A stretch of DNA of 57,187 nucleotides, counting the filler, from Asterionella formosa (taxonomy: Eukaryota), in NCBI GenBank assembly GCA_002256025.1. It is 7 parts of 7 records of this genome, joined end to end, with 100 filler letters (N's around TTAATTAATTAA, not from the genome) between each part and the next. Parts side by side here need not be neighbours in the genome. Positions count along the whole stretch, not along the records: positions 1 to 8,107 come from NKIB01012320.1; positions 8,208 to 16,311 come from NKIB01012321.1; 5 more parts are not named here. One strand, given 5' to 3'. The notes beneath the pieces were generated by a model, which was not told the DNA's origin, ran no database searches, and saw nothing but the letters and a program-made list of their open reading frames with translations. The stretch's first letter is position 1. Every line of letters begins with the position of its first letter. Position numbers and translations under genes: made by a program. Shown here one piece after another: positions 1 to 12,503 of this stretch.

Positions 1-997
1 GCACCAAGTGACATCCAAGTGGGTCTGGATGTGGGATCATTTGGGAGAAAAATTATGCTCCTCTGTGTTGTTTGCCCCCGCCCGTTTTTCATTCTACCAT
101 TGCTTCCTCTCAATCAATACTTGTAAAATGAAAACCGTACTAATTAAATGAAAAGAGACTTCCGGCTCCAAATGTTTTACATTGTTGCACTACTGAAACT
201 TGAATCCATAAATGGGCATTCAACTTGTGCTTCTTGCATTTTTGCAGTATAGACTGGCTGGTGGGCGATAGGCCAAAGTGTCTTGCTTTTCATGAACATC
301 TACAAAGTAGTGCTTTTGTCAAGTTTTGTGTATAAGCCCAAGTGCTGCCTGCCATCCATTGAACCATTCCAGATACATCAAAGAATACGCTCCTGTCTTA
401 AAGGTAAGGAACTAGTACGATGACAAAGGAAATCTAATGAGACATGAAAATTACGAAACCAGAATCACTCTGTTACTATAAATAGACAGTCTCATCCTTT
501 TTTGTTCATATCGCCTGCAATGCTGCGTTTCAATTCTAAATGTATTATGTTCTCGTTAGAGATACAATTTTACAGAGAAGTGTATTGTGCTGTTCTATAA
601 CGGATGTTGTTTAGCTGTGATTGAGGTTCTTGTAACACTGATCGATGCTCTGGTGGTGACAGACCTGAAATATTTGTCTTGTGTGATGAGCCATTTCGTT
701 TTCATTGGATTTCTTGCTTTTCAAGCTCTTAATGTATTGATTACGAACATACTGTGCAATGTAGATGATGATTCATCGAAGACATATGATGACTTGAACA
801 ATAAATGAAGATTTTATCACAAACACTCATTCCTCTCGACATGGCTGCTTTGTCGTTGTTGCAAGAATCAGAGTGAGGACTGGAGAGGATGATGAGCCAA
901 ATCACATTACTTTAGCTGGCACGACATTATCCTACCAAGAAATTTAAATAAAGGAACCTAGCTAAAAGAAACTATACATAAAATAATTATAATTTAC

Positions 998-1024
998 AAG
1001 TGGCATATTTCGCGGCTTTGATGT
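998..1024. repeat. 27-bp dispersed repeat shared with 32883-32909, probable transposon terminus
   Basis: AAGTGGCATATTTCGCGGCTT(T/A)GATGT occurs in two unrelated contigs with 1 mismatch. Confidence 0.55.
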
Positions 1025-1650
1025 AGTTTGCTGGTTTAATGAAAGCAATTGTGTTTGCAGCTTAGCATGTTTCTCAAGCATCGTTGCTGCCAGCATTTTC
1101 GCTTTGCAATCCAGTCATGATAGTGGTGGCTTACAACATCTTGTTGAGTAGTACTTTACTGTGTAGTAACATATTTCTTTGGGTTTGATATCAATGTGAA
1201 TGAGGTTTACAATATTATTGGGTTGCCCATGGTGTTGAATATACAAAAATGATGCTCTGTGATGATGATGTATTTAATGTGTAGACTCAAAAATTGGTGG
1301 AAAGCAATCTTTGTCCACTCAAATATCAAGCTTTACTTGCCAGGAGCAGTAAAATTTGTATTATTCACTGATCTTGAATTTTCATGGTTGGAATTCTGGC
1401 AAGCTTTTAAGGATAGCTATGTTCATGACAAATTTTAGTTCACTGATTATTGTCTTGCTCAGCCAACTCAAAATCAGATTTCAAACATTGAATTGAAAAC
1501 ATTTTCCAAAATGAACTTAAGTGCCTGGTATCATTTTTTCGTTTTCATCAATATGGCAGCCACTCTTGCCCACCAAACCCATGTTCTGTAAAAGCACACT
1601 CTGAGATCAAGAGGTTAATATGAGTTACCATCATACCATCATTCCGTCTG

Positions 1651-2283
1651 CTGTAAACATAATTGTCCTGGACCCACCAATGAACACTGCAATGACTGAA
1701 TTTGACTGATTTTACTTGTGGGGTCAGGACAATGAACAGATTTCCCTAATACTAGAACTAAGTAAATTTTATAAGGAAGTTCTACAGGATAGCGCACATT
1801 TTTCTAATATGGATTAGTAAAACAACTATTTCCGTAAGGTAAAAAATGAGAGAGTTCTTCACCTCGCAAGAAAAGCGCGACTTCATGTCGGCAATCTCAA
1901 TTTTAATCGTCATTATTAGAGTGATTACTTTACTTCTTTTATGATTGTATTTTCTATGTCATGTTTAATATACTAGGTAGCAACTAGGAAAGCGTCGTTC
2001 TCAATTTTCGCAGAAATTCGTATTTTCGTCATGGTCAAGATTGTGACAACATGATGCAAGATTCGCTCTTCAGCTGCTTACAACCACTACCTGGTGTCTA
2101 CTCTATGTAGTGTTAATATTTGCAAAAGAATTGGAACATCATAGCTATATAATTACATACCAACAGCTATAATCACCAAAAGAATTGTAGCACATTAAAT
2201 TGACTGACTAGAATATAATTGGGTGTTTGGTTCCACCTCGAGAAAAATGTACAGGGGGGTGCAGGACAATGAAGTTTATGGGG
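1651..2283 (+). mobile_element. Internally deleted non-autonomous (MITE-like) derivative of the pogo-like element at 39918
   Basis: 1662-1887 aligns by eye to 39930-40154, including the first ~14 transposase codons. A right TIR-like GGGGGGTGCAGGACAATGAAGTTTATGGGG ends at 2283 and is followed by TA. Confidence 0.8.
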
Positions 2284-3038
2284 TACCGGAGTCAGACTAA
2301 ATTTTCAGTACCAGGTACAGTATTTCATGCTACACGCAACATTGAGATTGCTGGGAAATCCCAATCCAATACCCGTACATATATCAATTGATTGGCAATC
2401 TAATCTGTGGCAATGTTCTATCTGGAATATATATCTCATACATTTTAGTAGGGCAGTCATCATATCCCACACAACGCTTTTCCAAGTAAAAATACTCCAC
2501 CTTTCTTACTCTATCCTGTTCAACACTTGTAACATTTTTAGCCACCTTACAAACCTAATTCCAACTTTGCATTCCCACCACAGAACAAATAGTTTTTGGT
2601 GTAACAGAAAGGCTACAATACTGACAGAGTTGCTTCCTCCCTCCTACCTCTTTGATGCACATCCTGCATCATTTCCATTGGTTCATCAACTTGTTAATTG
2701 TTGAAAACTTCTTCAAACACCATTTGAGGAATTTCTGGACTCTCAATCATCATTCTGCATACTTGTCACTCCTGCTACCACCAATAATACTAGTAGTCAC
2801 GAGTCAAAACTCCTTCAAGATGAGAGTCGACTGGCTGATGTCATCCACCTTAGTTTCAAAACTAGTTGACATTGCATCTTGATCTTCTGGGAGGCAGTGC
2901 AACCCAAGTATATAGTTTCAAAAGCAAACTGGAAGCTCAGACTTCCCTCCTTCATCTGCTGTTGGTGTCCCATCACTCACACCTTCCCCTCCTTAAAAGC
3001 AGGTAAGAAGTAGTCTACTGCCGCTGCTGCATACCGAG

Positions 3039-4400
3039 TACCTGGTACCAGGCACCGCCCAACAATGGTACATGAATGAAGATGGGGTATAATTTTTGTG
3101 TGCCGGTACTGGTATCAGGTACCAGGTACCAGGACCAGCACAGTGTAATGGCTAATATGTATGCATACATTTTATACCGGGTATTCCTACGATGATCGTG
3201 CGCGTACAGTCATGGTTTAATTAAACCACAAAAAATTTAACCCGCAGTGAAACCGGGTTTAATTTTTCGAATATCACATACTGGTACTGTTGTAACACGG
3301 TCTTTCCACTTGTATTTTCAGATCAATACCGTGCCAGCATTAAAATGACCAAGTAGACACGTACCAGAGGGCCTGCAGGAAAATACAACTTTGGTTTAAT
3401 TTACCAATTTTGGTATTGAACCTGGTAGCAAGATTTAGGAAACTTTTTTCAGAAAATCATTCAACCTTGATTTCGATTTACCGTTAAACTTATCATTGGT
3501 CCAGCAAGAAACCGTTAGACAATTTATACACGTAGATGTAATGTTACCGTTGGAGTTGACTTTACTGTCTGTCCGGCGCACCTGGTTCCAAGTATAGGGT
3601 ATCCTGGTACCACCAGGTACCTGCTACTCAATATACCAAACATAGTTTACGGTACATCCAGTGCCGGTGCCAGTGCCAGGTACCAGTCGTACCAGGTACC
3701 ACGTCCGAAGATCGTGTGTCAGTCAATGTTCGTATAATTCTACATATAGAAGTTATACTGGGGTATCCAATAAATGTACGTATCTTCTGTGTAGAAAGCT
3801 GGCACATGTTAATCATTTTATTTTCTACTGATCACACATGAAGGTTTGCGATGCATGCCGTCATTTGATCAGTTCTAAATTTGCATGCTCATATAAGTGA
3901 TATATATATAAAAGGAAAAGGATCGTTTTTGGTTTGCCATCTTAACTTCAAGTGTCTGCCAGCCAACCCCATTCATTGCAGTCGATTCAAGCAAAATGCT
4001 TTAGCACGATGCACAGTACCTGGTACCAGTACAGGTAGGAGTACAAATTACCAAAAGTCGGTCAGTTGAGCAGAATGTCAAACTCAACGCAAGCGGGCGA
4101 GTCGTCTCAATATTCAATTTCAGTTTGCTTTAGTCGACCGGTGACGCACCGCCCGCCGCTATTGTTGGCCCGGCAAGCAGGAAAAAACGACTACACCACC
4201 AAAAAGGAAAGTACCGGTAACCCCCCATCCAAAAATCCGAATGATTTATTTTTCATCTTATGTAACCTATGTTACGGTATGTACTGGGTTGGAATGTACA
4301 ATTCATGTACCTGGTACTAGGTAATCAAATGGTAATGGTAGTGGTACTGAATCGTACAGACTTTTATGTACGTATTTTTAGACTAGCAGACTACCGGTAA
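3039..4400. repeat. Cluster of TACC(A/T)GGTA / TACCGGTA motifs upstream of the GT4 gene
   Basis: Motifs at 3039-3052, 3104-3133, 3600-3700, 4014-4045, 4308-4323 and 4392-4399. Confidence 0.8.
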
Positions 4401-4512
4401 TAAATACCACTGTGTCCTGTGCAGCTATGAGACGATGCGGTGCCCTTTTTACATGATTCATTATCATTCGTTCATATTCAATCAAGTCTTGGGTTCTCTT
4501 CCGTTCGAAAAC

Positions 4513-6904
4513 ATGCGAGAAGGTCTCCATAATACGGAAGCTGCAACCATTACGATTGCTGCCTCAGAACATACGCCAGCAAGACGAGTTAGAATGGCGT
4601 CGCATAGTCATCGAATTTTGATCTATACAACTTGTTACAATGTTTTGGATGGGTGAGTGTTATTGTGATCCTTGCTGATGGATGGCGTGACTTCCTCCTC
4701 CGTGTTTTCCTTCGTGCTTGCTCTTTTGGAGTCGTTTCCAGTTCCAGGGAGCGACGCGTTGCCTCGGGTGAACCCTGATCGCTTGTCAACGGTAACGCGT
4801 TGCCTGGCCGCATTGGCTTCCGCCTTGCCGTGGAGAATACGACCAGGTGGAATAGCTCAGCTCTGAACGGATTTGATTCACTCGAGCGACGAACATTTCA
4901 GCTGTCATCTCCTGTGATGGCAGTCTTTTCGAGGAAACGAAGCTACCTACCACAGGCGACCGTCCCGAAGAGACGACGACTATCGCCAATGGTCATTTTG
5001 ATTTGTGTGCAAGCTCCCATCGCGTCCGTTGCCACAGCCCACGGCACCCACGCTACACTACGCTTCATCCCTTGCTGACCTTCTTGCTTCCTTTTCCACC
5101 CAGCGTTACCTTAACCATTCGAAAGATCGAGCAAGAAATCCTTGCCGCCGGCCATTGTGTTTGCATTCTCACCACCACATCCGGCGACCCGAACAACACT
5201 CACATTGACGGCCAGCACCCCAACCGCTCCGTTCTCTTTCTCGACAATAGTGTTGAGATTCCATTCATTAATGATCCCAACAATCCGGCCCATTCTTATC
5301 ATGTTGGCTTTTCCTTGTCCGCTAAAGTCAAGAGCGCAATTGATTTGTTTGAACCCTCGCTTGTTCACATCACCTGCCCTGACGTCACATGTCTCCACTT
5401 GATTCAATATGCCCGTGACAAGGAACTTCCCTTGATGGGAACCTACCATTCTAATATCCCGGAATACATGGAGCACTATCCGGGGATTGGCTGGGTGAAG
5501 TTTGCTCTCGGTGCGTTCTTTCGACACGAGTACAACTTCCTGCAACACTTGTACGTGCCAACTCCCTATATTCGACAGCATTTGGTGGAGGCTTGGAACA
5601 TGGATCAAGTTACTGAACTGGGCATCTGGGGGCGAGGGATAGATTTGGAGCGGTTTTCGCCTGTGCATCGCTCGCTCAAGTGGAGACGAGCTCTTGGAAT
5701 CAAGGATAGTACGGTGGTTGTGTGTTGGGCTGGAAGGCTGGTGGCGGAAAAGCGACCTGACATCTTTGCCCACGTGGTGAAGGAGCTATATGCTCGGCGT
5801 GTCGACTTTTGCGCTGTCGTGATCGGAGCTGGTCCTGGCGAAGATGAAATCCTGGCATTGCCCAACACGAAGTTTTTGGGCTGGCTGAATGGCGATGACC
5901 TGAAAGTGGCGTACGCATCAAGTGATGTTTTCTTGTTTCCAAGTGCCGTCGAAACCTTTGGAAATGTGACACTTGAAGCTGCCGCTAGTGGACTTCCTCT
6001 TGTAGTAGAGGCTGGATGCTCCGGTCATTTGGTCAATCATGGCGTCAATGGATATGCATGCTCGGGAGCCGACAAGCAAGGCTGGTTAACGGGAACACTG
6101 GCGCTCGTGCAAGACGCCGAATTGCGAAAGCGCTATTCGGAAGCGTCACGGAAGCACTCGTTGAAGTTCGAAAAAGGAGCTGTCGTCCGAAAAATGCTGA
6201 ATATATACTCGACCGTGACAGATGAATTCTACTGCGACTTCGGCGGTCGCCATGCCAACCGAGACCAGATTTTCCAGAAGAAAGAAGGTTCATTTGTTGG
6301 AGGTAACCATCCAAGACCATTTCTTTTGATGCTTGTGGAGTACTTCTTCATGGTCCTCTTTCAGGTATTATGGTACTTCGCAGGGGGGTTTACTAGGTTC
6401 CAAAACCTGATGGCGAGTCGCCTGCCCCCTGCCCCGTTGCGTGTTGTGCCGCGAAAGGTTGCCACACTGAAAGGCACGCAACTAGAAGTCCCACTACTGC
6501 TGGACACAGATGGTCAATTGTCAACGCAAGCTGCAAATGCTGCAGCCGCGACATTTCTATCAGCAACCACCGCGACTAGCATCACTAAATCTCGGAAAGC
6601 GTCGTCCGCAGCTGTTGTTTCATCGTCAATTTTTTGCTGGTCTTGCACTGTTTCGCACGTGCTTTCCAAGTGTATTACAAGGATGTTTGTTTACCAATTT
6701 CGATTGGAATCTAACGTTCGAAATGCAGTTCGTGTGTGTTGCTCACCGAGCCAATGGTCAGTAGCTCTGTCGACTCGAAAGCGAAAAGACTCGAGCCTTC
6801 CAGTAGATTCTTTCGCGAGTGTGGATTCGGAAGAATTTGTTGGCTTGGTTCAATCCGGAGATTTTTGTCATCGAGTGCGGCGGTCACCTGTTTCTTCAGT
6901 GTAG
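4513..6904 (+). CDS. GT4-family (GT-B) glycosyltransferase, SQD2/MgtA-like; join(4513 or 4594..4652,5104..6904)
   Basis: Splicing GT 4653..AG 5103 restores RILIYTTCYNVLDG-VTLTIRK. Motifs GTYHSN, WGRGID, GRLVAEKR and FPSAVETFGNVTLEAAASGLP. Hydrophobic, low-complexity C-terminal extension. Confidence 0.88.
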
Positions 6905-7453
6905 TAATCGATAAACCGAATATTGATCAGCATTATATGTGCCCAATTATGCCCACTTTTTCGAGGTTGATCTACTCAGGATTTGTGGTTTAATTCATTG
7001 CCTGTGATGCTCTTTTGCCATGTGATTACTTTGGAGCCTTGCCATTCAGGCAGTTGATACCCGTAGTCGAGGGGCGACAAAGAAAACCAAGATACTCAGG
7101 AGCAGCAAATGGTTACTACTTAAGCAATAATTTTCGTCGTGGTTGCAGCTCCCTTCATGGCGATTGTTGTAGTGCATGTCAATGACTGCCAATGAGACTC
7201 GGGACCAGCTCGCCCTTTAGAACACTTGCTGATTTGAAGATGGTCAGAAAGGGTTGATTTACTGTTATCGAAAGCAGTGATTGTCATCGCTCAAGGTGTA
7301 CCATGTATCACAATAATGTGAATAAAGTAGAACACAAGTTTCATACTAGTCCTCAAGGCTATAAGCATGGAAGGGTATTGCTACCAAAGAAAGCAACTGC
7401 TATGATTAGTTGTTAGTTACTATCCACATCTCCAAAAAATCCACTAGTCAGTT

Positions 7454-8107
7454 CTACAGGGGGGCATGCCCCGCTAAAGCTGCTTCGTACGCTTGTTGAA
7501 GCTCTTCATTCCATTCAAAGTTGGAATCGGGCGTTTCTCCTTCCATACAAAAACGACCTCGTCGGAAGCACCATACGCGACTGTCATTAAAGGCTCTTCC
7601 TCCGCTGGGTTCCGTCGGGACGCAGAAACGACGTCCAGTTCGAGCGTCAGTCAGCAAAAATGTTCTGACAGTACATTGATCTTCAGTTTCAACAAGACCC
7701 GTGGCAACTCCCACAGGCGGTGCTGGAACTTGGTGGTAGTACGTTAATGCGCTGAAGATGTCTTCTCCCATGACAGTGTCCAACCCACAACAGTGCGACG
7801 CCAAAGATGTTAAGTCCGCCATGTCAACTTCTTGTCCTTCCAGAAGAATACACCCTTTGACATGAACGTTTTGTCCTCCCTGTATCCGCAGTATTGCATC
7901 CGTCGACAAATTCCTTGTGGCGTCGGTAATGTCAGCTTGCGGGCAAGATTCAAAGGCTTTCAGTGCCACTAAGAGCCGATCTTCCATGACTTGACCAAAG
8001 GGCAAAGCAGACGAACCCACAATAGGAATTAAATGACCAGTCAAGGAAGCAAGAGCTCGGACAGCTAAAGTTGCGCTAAGAGTATCGTCACGTCCACCTC
8101 CTACAAT
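7454..8107 (-). CDS. Hypothetical protein, C-terminal part (5' end lost at contig edge)
   Basis: Frame is open from the contig edge (IVGGGRDDTLSAT...) to the stop at 7454; coding-like composition; family not recognised. Confidence 0.6.
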   Translation of the reverse strand: MVGGGRDDTLSATLAVRALASLTGHLIPIVGSSALPFGQVMEDRLLVALKAFESCPQADITDATRNLSTDAILRIQGGQNVHVKGCILLEGQEVDMADLTSLASHCCGLDTVMGEDIFSALTYYHQVPAPPVGVATGLVETEDQCTVRTFLLTDARTGRRFCVPTEPSGGRAFNDSRVWCFRRGRFCMEGETPDSNFEWNEELQQAYEAALAGHAPL

Positions 8108-8207
8108 NNNNNNNNNNNNNNNNNNNNNNNNNNNNNNNNNNNNNNNNNNNNTTAATTAATTAANNNNNNNNNNNNNNNNNNNNNNNNNNNNNNNNNNNNN
8201 NNNNNNN
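8108..8207. other. Artificial contig spacer
   Basis: N44-TTAATTAATTAA-N44 (stops in all six frames). Confidence 0.99.
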
Positions 8208-8498
8208 TTTACTAGGCCAAATAAACGAGTTAGCCCGGTAAAATCCACTATTTTCAGCATACCGGTAGTTTAAAAAACCGAAGTTCCTTTCTGCAGTTTC
8301 TCGCCAGATCCTATATCCTGACGATATATAGCGTTGACCTATACCCCTACTTTGATAAATGACTGTATTTAAGCATGTGGAAAGGGTGTGTATTGGTGAA
8401 AGCTCCGTTTAGCGATATACATTTACGTTTTACTCGTAAGAAGTCTATGTTTGACTACTCTGACTTAATATTATTTTTTTAACCCTACCTCGAGCTAG

Positions 8499-8521
8499 GG
8501 GTTCAAATGCAGGAACCTTAA
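8499..8521 (-). mobile_element. Probable DNA-transposon terminus at TTAA (Kolobok-like); counterpart at 46589-46611
   Basis: Reverse complement TTAA-GGTTCCTGCATTTGAACCC vs TTAA-GGTTCCTGCTTTTCAACCC at 46589 (17/19 after TTAA). Confidence 0.5.
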
Positions 8522-8625
8522 AGGAATTCACGGTGGACAAACGGCAATACAGGCAGAACATGCAAAGGTGTTACCAGCACGAGGTTGACGTATTGTGCGA
8601 ACTAGGCCCTCCGTACTTTTTATCA

Positions 8626-9010
8626 GTACCTGGTACTGTAGACATCCGCCACAGGAACACTAACGGTACCAATGAAGCTCCGGTGCTTGAGATATTTAGC
8701 TTAACCTTTCGGTAAGTAAAGAATGTGTTTTACCTGACCTTCTGGTACCTGGTACCGGTACCAGTGCAAGTTGCGGCCATTTTGTTCAAATAAACAATTT
8801 AATCTCAATTTCCGCAACTTGCAGGTAGACGACAAGCAAGGTGATGATGCGATTTCCCCGAGGATACCAAGTCTTGTACCTGCTATTGGTATCTGGTACC
8901 GGTACTGTACAGTAAATTGTACAGTACCTAGTACTGTATCGTACATAAGAATGCCCCGAGTACAGTCGTAGCTATAAGCAAAATGCGGGATAGAATTGGT
9001 ACTGCCGGTA
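8626..9010. repeat. Cluster of TACCWGGTA/TACCGGTA/TACWGTA motifs upstream of the kinase
   Basis: e.g. GGTACCTGGTACCGGTACCAG at 8744-8764 and GGTACCGGTACTGTACAGTA at 8895-8914. Confidence 0.8.
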
Positions 9011-9507
9011 TTAACACCAGTGGTTGTTTCCGTGCTTAATTTCTTGTTGACTTTGGTCGTCCTTTGGTTGCATCTTCTCAACTCCAGAGTCCATTGTTGT
9101 TTGTTTCTATTTTTCCTACCCCTTAGTAGGTCCGAACATTCAGCAAGTGTTTTCGGTAGCAAAAGGAACCGACACAGATATAGATTAGACGCACGAAGGC
9201 TTCTGTTGATTCAACGGATTTGCACTGTGCTGGAGTGATTCGGCTCGTCCTGGCACATCCTTGTGGATTTCTGATTCTACATTACTTCGCTCCTGCTTTG
9301 ATCCAATACCTAGCTCCTATTTGAAAGATAAAATTGAACATAGCGCAGTTGACTGATTTTCAGTGTCTGTCAGTGTGAAGTGATTCAGTTGAATCTTGTA
9401 ACGAAGCCTGTAAAAACCAGAACCGTTTCCTCTCGTGTGTCGAGCAAGCAACGACTGTGTTATCGTAAAGGACTCTGATCGTCGCCGCCCGTTCAAGCCA
9501 GATCACC

Positions 9508-11735
9508 ATGGGTAACGAAGCGTCCACACCGCAGCATAATGGAACCCATGATGAAGGCCTTGAGCCCCCATCGCAAATTCCACCTAGCGAGGCCACTGAA
9601 CCCTCCCATCATCGGTCCATCAAGGCCATTTTTCAACGCGGTGGGAAAGTCGAGGATGGGCACGACTCTGCGAGAGCAGTGGCGGAGAATGGTCATATGC
9701 CGTTCGGTTCAACATCAGCGGCTTCTCTATCATTATCCGCTCAACAGTTGCAGGCACATCAATATCAGGCCAACAACGTACGGTCACCAGAAATGCAATA
9801 CATCAACTCGCAGATACCTCCTCAACACCAAGCTTATGATCCTCGACAGCTATCGAATCAGCAGCAGCTGATGTACCAGAATAGCCAAGCTGCAGGAGGG
9901 CTTTCATCTTCTTTTTCCTCAACATCGGGACCAGTGGACGTAAATAAACAGCCGCACCCAATTGTCGGAGTCATGTATTCATCGGAGGGTGGCAGTTCCA
10001 CCAACAGATCTGCAGGGAGCTCATTTAGAAATGGAGGAAAGGTTGTGCGTGAGGGTGGAAGGAAAGTAATCAATTCCTTGAAGAACCTTTCCATAGGCCA
10101 ACGAGGCTCCAACAAAAAGGGCTCCCAGAAGGAAGAAAACGAATGGGAAACTCGGTGGGACGAAGATGACGATGAATCCGATGAAGAAGATGAAAATTTC
10201 AAGATTGGTCCAGTTAGCGATGGTGCGACTCTACGAGCAGTCATGGAGGGAGGACAGTCGAATCTGTCACCAATGACGACAGTGGAACCAGTGCTGCCAG
10301 TATCATCGTCCGGGACTATTTCAAATGCCATCCTACTATCATCTCCGCCACGAACGCACGCTGAGATGCCGATCATAGAAGGGGATGGCCTGGTATGGGA
10401 CACAAGCACTGGTATGGACAACAAGCCGATGCCAATAGAACTCACTTATGAACCCCCAAATATACAAATGTTCCTTCCCCTCCTACGAGTGCTCGGGAAG
10501 GGATCGTTTGGAAAGGTACGCATACTATGTATTATGCCTTAATTTGCCTCAATTTTTTCTGATTCATATTCGTTTACGCAAATCAGGTGGTGTTGTGCCA
10601 AAAACGAATGGGAAAAGAGCGCGGCGCATTATTTGCCATGAAAATTCTGAACAAGCAACATTTAGTGAAGAGGAGGCAGATAGAACGAACCAGAACTGAG
10701 AGAAAGGTCCTTTCGGTTGTAGATCATCCATTCATTATGAAACTACATTATGCATTTCAGACTGAGGAAAAATTGTATTTGGTCCTTGATTACTGCCCAG
10801 GTGGGGAACTTTTCTTTCACCTATCTCGATTCCGGCGCTTTCCGGAACGCGTTTCTCGATTTTACGCCGCAGAGCTGTTGCTAGCCATTGGACACCTTCA
10901 CAAGCGAGGTATTATTTACCGCGATTTGAAACCTGAAAATGTACTACTGGATGCTGATGGCCATGTGAAGCTCGGGGATTTCGGATTAGCAAAGGCGGGT
11001 ATTCGGCACCCTTGTGAAGGTGCTATATCCATGTGTGGAACACCAGAGTATATGGCACCAGAAGTATTGAATCAATCAGGTCACGGTTTTTGTGTTGACT
11101 ACTGGGGTCTTGGAATGCTTGTTTATGAAATGATGACAGGACTCCCTCCATGGTACACTACTGATCGTGCAAAACTCTTTCGACGACTTAAGAGTGCTCC
11201 ACTGGATATTCCGACATATTTTAGCTCTCACTCTGCTAACTGCGTGACCCAATTATTGGAACGAGACCCTAGAAGGCGTCTCGGTTTCTCGGGAATCAGG
11301 ATGGCGATGGAAAACGAATTTTTCAGAAGTATTAACTGGAGAGCATTATATGCACGGCGTGTCGAAGCACCAATTCGACCTTGTGAAGGTTGGGTAGCTC
11401 CTGAAGGTGAAAGTGGTACAGGTTTAGTGGTCGATCCGCTTATGGGAGGGACCTCATCGTGCATAGCGGAACAGATGGGTGACAAGGACTTGGATGCCGC
11501 AACTGCTAATTTTGATAATACATTCACTCGAATGCCTGTTGATACAGAAGACAACTCCAACGATGCAGCACATGACGAAGCAGCTATGGAGGAACTACAC
11601 GCAAACACTTTCGTTGGTTTCACGTTCGATGAAGAAGATAAAGATGGTGGAGAATCGTCTGGATTGCGCCCCAAAACTCAAGCAACTCAGTCTACAAATC
11701 AGACCGCTCCAAACCTCCCACCACCGATAATCTAG
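9508..11735 (+). CDS. AGC-family Ser/Thr protein kinase (Akt/S6K/SGK-like); join(9508..10515,10587..11735), ~718 aa
   Basis: 71-bp GT-AG intron joins LGKGSFGK|VVLC. Motifs AMK, YRDLKPEN, DFG, CGTPEYMAPE and hydrophobic motif FVGFTF. N-terminus MGNEAS is a possible myristoylation site. Confidence 0.93.
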
Positions 11736-12100
11736 GGCTTATTGGGCTTACATCACTGTTTTATAATCTTCACTACCTAGCTAAAATATTTGGCCACCAA
11801 TCGATGTTCGGTTTAGTTTCAATGCTCAGAATTGATTAACAAACAGAGTAAAATTGATCATTAGGTGCATCTATTAGCCAATTAATAAATGTTGAGAGCG
11901 TTTGCTTCTATGGCCGGTTTTTTTTGGATTATGTAGAGATTTACATTTATACCGTACTTTTCCCAAGGGACATGGAGAACTTGCATGACATATCAACTCA
12001 ACATTCCTTAACATACTTAAGTATTTACCGGCATGTGGTGTACCCAGTTCATGTGTAGGCTCATTCATACCAGCTGTCAACTATCGGCATGTGAAAAGGC

Positions 12101-12137
12101 GTACCAGGTACCAGGGTGGTACCAGGTACCAGGTACC
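12101..12137. repeat. (TACCAGG)n-type array upstream of the channel gene
   Basis: GTACCAGGTACCAGGGTGGTACCAGGTACCAGGTACC. Confidence 0.85.
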
Positions 12138-12503
12138 TTTGTCATTCAACGACCACAGACGATCATGACGATCGATCATCGCGCGTGAATGATTCTGTTC
12201 AAAACAGGAATATAAAAAGCATGTTGTTGAATACATAATATAAAAATGATAACCGGTACTCTACATGTCACACATCTTATGCACGTTTGATGGATAGTAT
12301 TCCCCGTTTGTATTTATTTGTACATGAATACTTTGGCATCGCTCGCCTTCCCTTGCTATCATCGTTTTTTCAGCATTTCTATCAATTGCACGTATGCGTC
12401 TGTACTTGCATGATTTGTGGCTACTCCGTCGACGACTTCTCGGTAAAACTAATTGGTGAGCAAAAAATCAATTCCAGGTGTTCTTGTTTCTCAGTTTCCC
12501 AGC

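Noticed and set aside
587..3000. Possible Mutator/Kolobok-like transposase fragments (DDDSS on +; CxxC, TD*IAN and SVNN..APGK on -)
   Set aside because: Too decayed, spread over both strands and several frames; cannot be supported without a profile search
5003..5103. ORF-track N-terminus of the 633-aa GT4 ORF
   Set aside because: Lies in the intron; the conserved N-terminal strand is encoded at 4594-4652
5111..5773. Antisense ORFs over GT4, and similarly over the kinase, channel, NTT2 and PPR genes
   Set aside because: Shadow frames of real genes with no recognisable motifs
8152..8163. TTAATTAATTAA palindrome recurring about every 8.2 kb
   Set aside because: Artificial six-frame-stop linker inside the N spacers
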